A stretch of 64,000 nt of DNA from Felis catus. Lineage: Eukaryota. Position 1 is the stretch's first letter. Each line of letters opens with the position of its first letter. Of the stretch, positions 25,021 to 36,520 are shown piece after piece. The notes beneath the pieces were generated by a model. It was not told the origin of the DNA, did not search any database, and saw only the letters and a list, made by a program, of their open reading frames with translations. Location of the stretch: assembly GCF_018350175.1 (NCBI RefSeq), contig NC_058368.1, positions 122,638,001-122,702,000 of the forward strand, read 5' to 3'. A program made the translations under genes and the position numbers.

Positions 25021-27102
25021 TGTAACTGACATGCTAAGATAGGAGAGAAAATGGAATCATATAAAATGCTCAATTAAAATCTTTACAAAGGGCAGAAAAA
25101 GAATGGAAGACAAAATAAGAACAAGGAAAAGGAAAAGAAGCAGAAAACACCAGCAAATATAGTAAATATGAGTTTAGCTATATCAATAATCACCTTGAAT
25201 GTCAATGGTTTAAATGCACAAATGAGAAGACAGAAACTGTCAGAGTGGATCAAAAACACAACCCCACTATACATTGTCTACAAGAAACCAACTTTAAATG
25301 TAAGGACACAAATGAACCAAAAGTAAATGGGTAGAGAAAAAACACACTCTGCTAACACTAATCAACAGAAAGCAGGAATAGCTACGTTAATTTCAGACAA
25401 AGCAGACTTCAAAGTAGGAAAGTAATTCATCAGGTATAATTATAAAAGGGTCAATTCTCCAAGAATACATAATAATTCTTAACATATATGTGTCTATAAA
25501 AAAAGCATCAAAGTATGTAAGGAAAAACCAGTAGAATTTCAAGGAGAAACAGATGAATCCACTATTATATTTGGAGACTCTAAACACCCCTCTGTAGGAA
25601 ATTGACAGATCCAGCAGACAGAAAATCAGTAAGGACATAGTTGAACTCAATAGAACTATCAATGAGCTAGATATTACTGATACCACAAACTACTTTATCT
25701 AACAAAAGAAGAATGTACATTCTTCTCAAGCTCACATAGAACATTCACCAAGACAGACCCCATTCTGACCTATAAAACACATCTTAAATTTAAAACAATA
25801 TAAATCATATAATGTCTGCTCTAACACAATTAAAACATAAATGAGTATCAAAAAGATAGCAGGAAAACCCCAAAATAATTGACTAAATACCTTTTAAATA
25901 ACACATGGGTCACTGAAGAATTTTCAAAAGAAATTTATAAATATTTTGACGTAAATTAAAGTGAAAATATAGTATAACAAAATTTGTGGGATGCAATTAA
26001 AACATTGCTTAGAAGGAAATTTATAACATTGAATGAACATATTAAAAAGGAAAAAAAAAACGAAAATCAATAATCTAAGCGCCCATCTTACAACTAGAAA
26101 AAGAAGACAAATTAGATCCAAAGTAAGCAGAAGAAAAGAATAAAAATTAGAACATAAATCAATGAAATTGAAAATAAGAAATCAATAAAGAAAATTAACT
26201 AAGCCAAAAGCCGATTCTTTGACCAATAAAATTGATAAGCATCTAGCTAGGATAACTAAGAAAAACAAGAGAAGACCCAAACTACTTTTATCAGAAATGA
26301 AAGAGGGGACGTCACTACAGATTCCATCAACATTAAAAAGATAAGAAAGAATATTATGAAAAACTCTATGCCCACAAATTTGATAATCTAGATAAAATAG
26401 ATAATTTCCTTGAAAGACACAATCTAGTAAACTCACACAAGAAGAAATAGACAATCTGAATAGGTCTATATCTATTAAAGAAATTTAATCAATAATTAAT
26501 TCCTAAACAGCACTGGGCCCAGGTGGGTTCACTGGTGAACTCTAGCAAACATTTAAAGAAGAAATTAAGCCAATTCTCTACAAGCTCCTCCAGAGATAGA
26601 AGCAAAGGGAATACTTCTTAGCTCATTCTAGGAGAACACCATTACTCGAATCCAAAACCAGATAGACCTTACAAAAAAGAAAAGGAGACACCAATACCTC
26701 TCTTAGGCACAGATGTAAATTCTGTTGACAAAATATTAGCAAATCAAATTTAACAATGTATACAAAGAATTACATACCATGACCAAATGGAATTTATCCA
26801 AGGAATAGAAGGCTGGTTCAACAATGGAAAATTAATGTAATCTACCACATCAAGAGGCTAAAAAAGAATAGTGAACAAAATCAACAGATGCAGGAAAACC
26901 ACTTGACAAAATCTGGCACCCATGCATGATAAAAGTTCTCAGCCAACTAAGTATAGATGAGAATGCCCTCGACTTGATAAAGAACATCAATTCAAAATCT
27001 ACAGCTAACCTCATACTTAATGATGAGAAACTCAAAAGAACTGACACCACTCAACTTCAAGACTTACAACAAAGCTACACTAATCAGGACAATATGGTAT
27101 TA

Positions 27103-27236
27103 GAGGTGCCTGTCTGGCTCAGTTGGAAGAGCATGCAACTCTTGATCTTGCCGTCATGAGTTCATGCCCCACATTGGGTGTGGAGTCTGCTTAAAAAATA
27201 ATAATAATAACGTTCAAAGTGAATAAATAAAAAATA
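27103..27236 (+). mobile_element. Older short CanSINE inside L1
   Basis: TSD GACAAT(A/G)TGGTATT. Confidence 0.8.
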
Positions 27237-29458
27237 AGACAATGTGGTATTGGCAAAAGAATACACAAGCAGATTAATAGATCAAAACAGAAAACCTAGA
27301 AATAGGTCCATATAAATAGAGTCAACTGATCTTTGACAAAGAAGCAAAAGCAATAGAACGGGAAAAGATAGTCCTTTTCAACAAATGGTGCTGGAGCCAT
27401 TGAACATCCACACACAATAAAATGAATGTAGACAGAGACTTTAAACCCTTCACAAAAATTAACTCAAAATGGATCATAGACCTAAATGTAAAATGAAAAC
27501 TATAAAACTCCTAGAAAATAAGATAGAAAAAAACCCAGATGCCCTTGGGTATGGCAATGACTTTTTAGATACAACACCAAAGGCATAACTGATGAAAGAA
27601 AAAATTGATAAGCCGGACTTCAGTAAAATTAAAAACTTCTTTTCTACAAAAAAACAATGTCAAGCCATAGACTGGGAGAAAAATATTTGCAAGAGACACA
27701 CCTGACAAAGGATTATTATCTAAAATATACAAAGAACTCTTAAAACTCAGCAATAGGAAAATGAATAATCCAGTTAGAAAATGGGCCAAAGACCTGAACA
27801 GACACCTCACCAAAAAGATACCCAGATGACAATAAGCATATGAAAAGATGTTCAACATTATGTCATCAGATAATTGTAAATTGAAGCAACAATGAGAAAT
27901 CTCTACACATCTACTACTATTGTAGGCCGTAATCCAAAACAGTAACAACACCAAATGCTGACAAGGATGTGGAGCAACAGAAACTCTCATTAATTGCTGG
28001 TAGGAATACAAAAAATGGTACAACCACTTTGGAAGACAGTTTAGAGATTTCTTACAAAATTAAAAGTACTCATCCAACACCATTCAACAACTGCACTCCT
28101 TGGTATTTACTCAAATGAAATGTCCACGTAAAAAGCTACATACAAATGTTTATAGAAGCTTGAGTCATAATTGCCAAAACTGAGAAGCAACCAAAATGTC
28201 CTCCAGTAGGTGAATGGGTAAACTGTACATCCAGAAAATGGAATATTATTCCATGCTAAAAAGATATGAGCTTTCCAGCCATGAAAAGATTTGGAGGATT
28301 GTTAAATACATATTGCTAAGTGAAAGAAGGCAATCTGAAAAAGCTACAGACCGTATGATTCCCAAAATATGACATTCTAACAAAGGCAAAGCTATGGAGA
28401 CAATAGAAAGATTGTAGTTGCCAGCGTTTAGAAGAAAGGGAGGGATAAATAGGTGAGCTCAATGGACTTCCAGGGCAATGAAAATACTGGGTTTCCTACT
28501 ATAATGGTGGATATATATTATTATGCATTTGTCAAAATCCACAGACTGTACAACACCAAGAGTGAACCCTAATGTAAACTATGGCCTGTGGGTGATAAAG
28601 ATGTGTCAGTGAGCGTTCTTCAAGTGTAAGAAATGCACTGCTCTGGTGGGAGATGTGGATAACGGAGGGAGCTATGAAAGTGTCGGGGCAGGAGAAACAA
28701 GGGAAATCTCTGTACTTTCCACTCATTTTTGCTGTGAACCTAAAACTGTTCTCAGAAATAAAGTTTATTAAAATGTATTAAAGTGGTCAAAAATAGTTTA
28801 AAAATATATAATAATGTATATTCCCACTTTTATTTTGGAATGAAAAACATATGTGTCACACACACACAGATGTAAAGAAAATACACCATTGTAGTAACAG
28901 CAATTTTCAATGGGAGACTACAAGGAAATGCAGTTAATGCTTTCCTATTGTTTATCTCTTTGGTTCGTCTTAGGTTTTGATTGTGCACCTACATAGCTGG
29001 TGCTTAATAAGTGTTTTTAGAATAAAGGAGTACAGAAAAAATTAGACGCTGAAGGGAGGTCTGGGGACTCCTCACCCTATTTATGGTGACCTTGTTGTCC
29101 ACACCCCACTGGCCCAACCCCACATACAGAAAGAGAGTATACTGAGCACTACCAACACTCGGTCTGTAGCCTCACTGCAAGGCTTCCACAGTTTATTTCT
29201 CTTAGAAACTGGTCAATAAAAGAGCATATATCACTGAAGAACTCAAATTGACAATGAATTCATTAATGACCATAATATTAGAACCACTGACTGTTATGGC
29301 TTTGATCTGAAGATTAAGGACTCACGAGCACTTACCCAATTGTGTGGGCAAGACAAGCCACTAGAGTACAAGAGAAAAATATCAGGATCTATATTTGTAT
29401 ATACAATATTTTACTTTGTACTTGTTTTGTATTGTTTAACAGTCACAAGATATTAATA

Positions 29459-29828
29459 CAGTTGACCAGTGAACAACACAGGTTTGAACTGCACTGGTCC
29501 ATTTACATGTGGATTTATTTTTATAAATACCATACAATACTGTACATATATTTTCTCTTCCTTACAATTCTCTTAATAACATTTTCTTTTCTCTAGCTTA
29601 CTTTCTCATAAGAATACAGCATGCAATACGTATAACATACAAAATGTTTGTATTTTATATACAAACTGTATATAAACTGTATTAATTGACTGTTTATGTT
29701 ATCAGTAAGGCTTCTGGTCAACAGCAAGCTATTAATGGTTAAGGTTCAGGGGAGTCCATGGGTATACATGGATTTTTGACTGCATGGGGGTTAGCACCCT
29801 AACCCCTGTGTTTCTCAAGGGTCAATTG
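29459..29828 (+). mobile_element. Tigger2a-like Tc1/mariner MITE
   Basis: TIRs CAGTTGACC...GGTCAATTG with TA target duplications on both sides. Confidence 0.85.
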
Positions 29829-29966
29829 TATGTATGTTGTGCGTGTAATTTATACATATGCATGTGTGTACCTATACATAGAGAGAGAGAGACCATGCTC
29901 AAAAAATTTTTACATAGAGGTGTACAATAAAAGAAGCTTATAGACCTGGTCCAGGCCCTTCATTTT

Positions 29967-30187
29967 ATTTTTTTTACTTTTTAAAAAAAATTTTTTTTAA
30001 CGTTTATTTGTTTTTGGGACAGAGAGAGACAGAGTATGAATGGGGGAGGGGCAGAGAGAGAGGGAGACATAGAATCGGAAGCAGGCTCCAGGCTCCAAGC
30101 CCGACGCGGGGCTCGAACTCACAGACCGCGAGATCGTGACCTGAGCCGAAGTCGGACGCTTAACTGACTGAGCCACCCAGGCGCCCC
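29967..30187 (-). mobile_element. Young CanSINE (small internal deletion)
   Basis: TSD AGGCCCTTCATTTT. Confidence 0.9.
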
Positions 30188-30422
30188 AAGGCCCTTCATT
30201 TTAGAAAGGAGGAAGCTAAGTCTCAGAGAGAAGGGAGGTGAGTTGCCCAAGCTGGTTAAAGATTGGGTCTCCAAGTTGAGACTGCTAATGCTTTATCCTC
30301 TCGGTTTAGTTTCTGTTTGTTGCTTTGTTTATTGTTTGTTTGCCTCATCTCATTGGTTTTTGATGGAGTAGAACTGGTTTTTCAAAGCACATAAGTCCAG
30401 GTTAAGAGTACAGATAAACTTC

Positions 30423-30642
30423 GGGGTGACTGGGTGGCTAGTCAGTTAAGCGTCTGACTTCAGCTCAGGTCATGATCTCACGGTTCATGGGTTCCAGCCC
30501 TGTGTCGGGCTCTGCACGGACAGCTCAGAGCCCGGAACCTGGTTTGGCTTCTGTGTCTCCCTCTCTGTCTGCCCTTCCCCTGCTCACACTCTTTCTCTTT
30601 CTCTCTCTCTTGAAAATAAACATTAAAAAAATTTTTTTCTAA
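30423..30642 (+). mobile_element. CanSINE
   Basis: TSD AAGAGTACAGATAAACTT. Confidence 0.9.
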
Positions 30643-32869
30643 AAGAGTACAGATAAACTTTAACATTCCATCTTCCTATAAGCTTAACTTTTAAAAAGTG
30701 CTTACACACATAATTGGACTTCTGCCTCTTCTCAAAAATGGAGAGCTGAGCTGCCAGTCATAGCCTGCATTCTCAGGCAGGCTGCCCTACTCCTAGTAAG
30801 CTCTATCCACTGTCTCACAGGAACATTATCTGCAGGAATAACGCCCAGGGGAAATTAATCATAAAGAGAATCAGCTATAGAAATCACTGACAGAAAAACA
30901 TCACGGACAGTCCCCTGGCCGTCTTAGACATTACTTACAAGAGCCGTCAGCAATACCCTGTCTCCAGGGACCATTACTTTGAGGGAACCCTGCCAATCGC
31001 AGCATTACTTGGAAGGTACGTTTTTTTATGTTCCTCAAATGCCTACTGTCAAACTAAACCAAAGTTCTGAAAGGTTTCAAACACTTCCAAGTTTGGGTAA
31101 GTTAATATAGTTCCTGATTCGAGTGTGGCCTGGGGGCCAGGTACCCAAGAGCCTTTTCTCCCAGCCTAAGTGCGGACTTTGGTTTGTCAGAGCAGCTTTG
31201 AAAAATTCATACACTCCAGGGATTCTGATGATGTGGAGAGGACTTTATAAACCTAGAATTCTATTTCCAGCTGTCTTCTCTTGCATGGGGTAAGGAGGAC
31301 AACTTCAGCTTCTCTGGATCGTTTTGAAAATTTTCCACCCAGGAGCAAAAAGGCACAGGACGAATGATTAAAAAAAAAAAAAAAAGGTAAGAGCCACAAC
31401 TTGCCTGTTTCAAATGCTCTCCCCCTACACCCAGAACCCCTACTGACTTCACAAAGGAAACAACTTGCACGAAAGTGGCCCATGTGGGAAACAGGGGACT
31501 AGAAATGACCCACGGCTCCTGACTGGGAGTTATCAATAGACCCATGTAATCATAATGTCATTACTTTGTTTTCACTGGATGACAGAGTTTTTGCAGTATC
31601 ATTTGCTCTTGGCAGACCATATATCATCATTCTCCTCCCCTTAGTAATTTCTTCGCTGCAAGAAAAACTCTGGAAACCATCTTGAGAAATGGTGAAAAAT
31701 ACTTCCTTTTCATTTACAACTGCTTTTTTATGCACTTACTGTCAAAAGTTATAAACGAAAAGTTATGTGAGCCAACAAGGGAGGATTTGGGCAGTATAAA
31801 TGCCTATCAGAAGAAAAAAATCTAGGTACATTATTTAACAAGGTGTTTACAGGTAGCTCCAGAACCACAATATAAACACCCAATCATACCTCAAATATGG
31901 CACTTGTCATTCAAAGTATAACTCAGAGACCTTTTATTACTTTTATTCTCCCACACAGTTTGTTGTAGAATCTCTTCATAATTTGTGCATTTATTAACTA
32001 AACTTATTTCCTTAAGGTGGGGGTTAATAAGGAGGTAGGTATGCTGTAGACAAAGCATACTGTGAGTTTATCAAGACATTTTTTTTTAATCTCTTTTAAT
32101 AACTTTGCATTCAACTTGAAAAAATAAGGATTTTGCAGCAACTCTTTTCATAGGCTGGGCAACTGTTCTCCAACTGCTCTGAATAATGGGCTGGCGGCAA
32201 GATGGAGGAAAGTGCTAGAGGTGTGGCAGAAAGTTCTGTCCTTGCCCTGCATGACAGTAACACATCAGGAGCAGACACCAGGGTCAGGCTCACCGAATTA
32301 AAATAAAACAGCAGCCTCCCTGTCTGGAAAGAAGGAGTCAGAACTCAGAAAAATGGACTCTGGACTCAGAAAAATCTGTTTGAATTCTGGCTCTCCTACT
32401 ACAAAAGCATATGATGTCCATGTAAGTCAAGGAAATTAACTAGCCTAATATACTTTGCCACGACCATATCCCATCTGAAGCACTGTGTTCAGTTCTGCGC
32501 ACCGCATTTTTTGAAAGAATATTTATAAAATATAGTAAAACCTGAAAAGTAAATCAGAAGGGTGAAAGGCTTACATAAGAGAGGGCTAAAGAAGGCAGGA
32601 ATGATAAGGCTAAAAGAGAGAATTTTAGGAAGAATACAATTGCCCTCAAACATATAAAGGGCAGTGAAAACTCAAAAAGTAATCATAACTAATATGTGCT
32701 GAGTACTCAATATGTGTAAAGTACTCAGTGTTATTCACATTCTGCAGGTGAGAAAGCACAGGCCCAGAGGCCGAGTTATATGCTCACAGTCACATAATTT
32801 GGATGGGTGGAGCCAGAGCTCAGGTATAGGGGAGATATGAAAGCTATACTCCAAATACTTTGTTTTGTT

Positions 32870-32985
32870 TTTTTTTTCATTTTTTATTATTTTTTTAAGT
32901 AAGCTCTATGCCCAAAATGAGGCTCGAACTCATAGCCCTGAGATCAAGCGTCACATGCTCCACCCACTGAGCCAGCCAGGAACCC
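32870..32985 (-). mobile_element. Older short CanSINE
   Basis: GAGATCAAGCGTCACATGCTCCACCCACTGAGCCAGCCAGG; TSD CTCCAAATA. Confidence 0.75.
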
Positions 32986-33009
32986 CTCCAAATATTTCTA
33001 ATCTCTGTC

Positions 33010-33350
33010 TTACAGGATCATGGTAAGATTGCACCCTCCCAATTCTTTTGGACACAGGTTAGTGATTTGCTCTGGCCAGTGACATGTGAACCTAAGTCAT
33101 GTTCACAACCTCAGCAAGGGAGTCCCAGAGCCTATGAGCAACACGCCCATGTTCTTCCTAACATGAGAGCATAGAGGTGAAACCTCCATCAGTCTAGGTG
33201 TCTGGGGGGAAATGATGGGCAGAGCTGCCCTGTGACCCATGGTGGACAAGTAACAGGAGCAAGAAATCAACTGTGACTGTTTCGTTAAGCCACTGAGATG
33301 TGGGGATTGCTTGTTACTGTGGCAATACCCAACTTTTCTGACAGATAAAC
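33010..33350 (+). mobile_element. MaLR LTR (MLT1I/J-like)
   Basis: 3' end TTAAGCCACTGAGATGTGGGGATTGCTTGTTACTGTGGCA. Confidence 0.65.
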
Positions 33351-33565
33351 AAACCCACATGCTTCAAGTCATTAAAATACCTCAGAAATTAAAAAAAAAA
33401 ACTCTATTCTTATATTTTAAAAGGTCAGAACCGAGAATAGTTTATAGAAACCACAAGTAGGCAGATTTGGGTTTAATTTAATTTTTTTAAAGTGACGTTT
33501 TCTGAAAGCTGCTTCACAAGGTACAGGCTCACTGAAAATGGTGGTATTTAAATTAGAGGCCAAAA

Positions 33566-33690
33566 GGGACAGCTGGCTGGCTCAGTCAGTAGAGCATGGG
33601 ACTCTTGACCCTGGGGTCGTGAATTCAAACCCCACATTGGGCCTAGAGTTTACTTCTAAAACATTCAAAACTAAAATATAAAAAATAAAT
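33566..33690 (+). mobile_element. Older short CanSINE
   Basis: GGCTGGCTCAGTCAGTAGAGCATGGGACTCTTGA head. Confidence 0.75.
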
Positions 33691-35399
33691 GAGAGACCAG
33701 ACAATCATTCTGCATCTATGTAGCAAAAAATATGGATTCATTAAGGAGGTTTAATATACCAACCATTTCTGGAACACCTCCAGTGTTCCAGGCATTTCGG
33801 CTATAGTGACAAATCCAAACACACAATCCCTTCCCTCAAGGAAATAGCCATCAAGAACAGAAGTAGATAAGGTCTGCTGACTCTTGTAGCAGTGTGATTC
33901 AACCAAATTAGAGATAATAACAGGGCCTGAATGAAGCTGACAGCAAGCCTGAACTTACAAATAACCATGTAGCACTAGAAATCCTGCTGATGCTTAAGTT
34001 GTATTATTATTTTTCAATTAGGAGCCAAAAGTATAGGGTTTGCAAAAGGAAAGAAAACGAAGAGAATGTCTGGGTTTAAAGGAGGAACATTTTCCCTTTC
34101 TCTAGTTACCATCCTTAAATCTTGCAAACCAGGCATATTATCTGGCTTACATCAGGGGTGTTCCAGCAAAGGGAATAGCACTGACTCACAGCAATTGTTA
34201 CCGACCTTTTCCATCACTTTTCCCACCCCTTAGAGTCAGGAAGGGAACATTTCAATAGGGATCAGCTCAGAACTGAAGAGAGGCGATAATCTTCCTGGAA
34301 CGCCATTCTTAAGTTTAGAAATCAGCCACAGCTTTTCCAAAATATCCGAAGTTTTTCCTAAAAGGGCATTTGAGCAGGGCCTACAGGGATCCCATACTCT
34401 AAGGATGATATGAAAATCACCAACTAAACGAGTGATTCCAAGGGGCACGGACATTGTTTCCCAAAGGTGTCTTTACACAATACTAACTTCAGTGCTTTCT
34501 TTCCCTAGTGGTATCAATAATTAAAGCTTTGTTTATTTTTTTAAACTTCCCGAAATCAAACAGTGCAGAGATATGCCTTCCTTTGACTGCCTCACTGCAT
34601 TTGAATGGAAAAACATCTAAAACTTGGGTAAGCATTAACTGTAATTGCTCTGGGGCAGACATTTCCATTTTGGGTTATTATTCATACCAGTATTCACAGA
34701 GAATAATATACGTGGATGGATTTTGCAGCCATTATCCACACAAGAGTGACGTATCTGATTACTATTGTTCCCCAACTCAAAAGCGTCAGTTTGAACTTCG
34801 AATACTCCAGCCCTGCCCAGACCCTGAATTTTCTGAACTACGGTTCTGATTTTCTATGAAATAAACAAATATATGAGAGCAGGCTGGATTTCAGTGCCAT
34901 ACCTTCAGCCAGTTCAGGGTGTCACGAGTTTCTCAAAAACACACATACAGAAGAAATTGGCTTTGGCACATGGAAAAGCAGCAGAGAATTTGCAGCTTGT
35001 GCTAGTTTAAAGTGCACCCTTAATACTCTTGCCTGTTTTCAAAAATAAGTGATAGTCTTCCAGAGACAGCTGGATCCCTGTGGTACCCAGTCTTGCAACA
35101 AGCTTTGTACACAAATGTACACTTTCCAAACACAGATGTGAAATGTCGACCTAGGACAGAAGAGAGGCACGCAGATGAGGGTGTTTAGTCTAGTGGCTCC
35201 ACACCCGAAAGTTTCAGGGACAGAGCTGATGTTTCAAGAGTGAGAGGGGGGACCGCCCATCCTGTACGTTCATCCGGGGACTATGGAGATGACCCCCATC
35301 TTCCCAGCGCCAGTGTGCCCTCTGCCCTGGTGACCCGGGTTGAGATTTAATCGAGGGCCAGAGTGGGGCCAAGACAATTGTGCCAATGGTTACTCAGAC

Positions 35400-36520
35400 G
35401 GAGAGAAGGGCTAGAAATCACGAAGCCTTCCTGGCTGGCCCGGCTGACACACCCACCCAGACCCGCCGGCCCGGGGGTGCTGCGGGGAAGCGGGGGAAAC
35501 CCGCGCACCCGGGTCCCGCGCCCACGAAGATGCTGCAGTTAGGAACCCGCGCGAATATCGGTCCGGGCTGAGAGGTCGCGCTACGCTCAGCAGAGGATGC
35601 CCTTCACCTCCCTGTCCCCCTTCCCCGGAGCTGAGTGAGCGGGAGAAAGTTGTGCCCGGGCCGCGTCGCCCCGGGCTGCCAAGGGAGCGAGGGCGGGAGG
35701 AGGAGAGCCGCGGGCCCCCTTACCTTGTCCTTGGGGCCGAGGTTCTGCAAAACCTCCTTGCCGGTGGCGCTCCGGATCTCCACCCCGGCGGGCGCGGGAG
35801 ACGCGGGCGACGCGGGCGCGGGCTCCCTGCCCTCCTCCCGGCCTTGGCCCCGGCGCGGGGTGTCCCCCTCCACTCCCGGCCGGCTCCCGGAGCCGCGGCC
35901 GCTGCCCTGGCTGCTCCGGGGAGTCTTCGCGCCCCGCTGCCCCACGCTCAGGGCATCGAAATCCAGCGTCTTGCTCTCGAAGGCGCCCTCCACGTTGCAG
36001 AACATGCCGCCGTACTTCTGCCGCGGGACCTGGTCCGTGGTGCCCGGCCTGGCCAGGTACACGGGCAGATCGTCCTCGTGGGAGCTGTCCCAGCCCCTCC
36101 GGCCCGAGGCCATGGTTCAGGCGCACGGCGGGCCCGCGGCTTTGCTCCCCCAGAGGCGGAAAGGGCAGCCGCCGGCAGCGTGCTCCGAGCCACAGTGACT
36201 GGGGCGGGAGGAGGCGCCTGAGCGTTCGCGCCAGAGGCGGCAGTGCAGCTCCGGTTGCTGCCAGTCCCCAGCCAGCCAGCGAGCGCGCGGCGCAGGGGCC
36301 GGGGCAGCGGCGCGCTCCGGCTCGGGACCTGTCGCCCGCCCGCCGCCCCTCGGCGCGCACCCGACCCTAACGTGGCCTCGCAGGGTCGCGCGGCCTGGGG
36401 GCCCCTTGGAAAGTAGAAATCCCAACTTGGCGCGCGCGCACACACACGCACGCACGCTTCCCGCTCGCCCAGCGGCCCCCAGATTCACACTCAAGAACTC
36501 GCCTCTCGCACAGGCACAGA
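35400..36520. promoter_or_regulatory. DPYSL3: CpG island / promoter and 5' UTR of long DPYSL3 isoform
   Basis: Very GC- and CpG-rich block around exon 1 in an otherwise CpG-depleted window. GC boxes (e.g. GGGGCGGG near 36201). No upstream ATG on the minus strand in 36114-36420. TSS not determinable from sequence alone. Confidence 0.88.
35724..36113 (-). CDS. DPYSL3: DPYSL3 (CRMP4) long isoform, coding part of exon 1 (130 aa, MASGRRGWDSSHEDDLPVYLARPG...EVLQNLGPKDK)
   Basis: The translation matches my recollection of the CRMP4b N-terminus. The ATG at 36113-36111 is in a strong Kozak context (GAACCATGG). The exon ends AAG|GTAAGG (donor GT at 35723-35722, phase 0), where the common CRMP exon 2 (SDRLLIKGG) would join. 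The ORF-track read-through to 35604 is intronic. Confidence 0.96.

Larger units (their letters stand above)
22650..28775 (+). mobile_element. Long decayed L1MC1-like LINE-1 (ORF1 end, ORF2 with internal deletion, 3' UTR) hosting nested insertions
   Basis: ORF1 C-terminal, endonuclease (CTACAAGAAACC, GGAGACTCTAAACACCCCTCT) and RT-region remnants. L1MC-type 3' end (CAACACCAAGAGTGAACCCTAATGTAAACTATGG...AATAAAG). Many stops and frameshifts. Confidence 0.88.
1..35723 (-). other. DPYSL3: DPYSL3 intron 1 (partial; continues beyond window start)
   Basis: Begins at the GT donor at 35723. I did not see the short-isoform first exon (MSYQGKK...) or exon 2 (SDRLLIKGG...) in the window. Confidence 0.85.

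Noticed and set aside
27565..28023. 152-aa hydrophobic ORF
   Set aside because: Antisense reading of decayed L1 ORF2.
35604..35723. C-terminal 39 aa of the 169-aa ORF
   Set aside because: Read-through past a consensus GTAAGG donor; intronic unless intron retention is shown.
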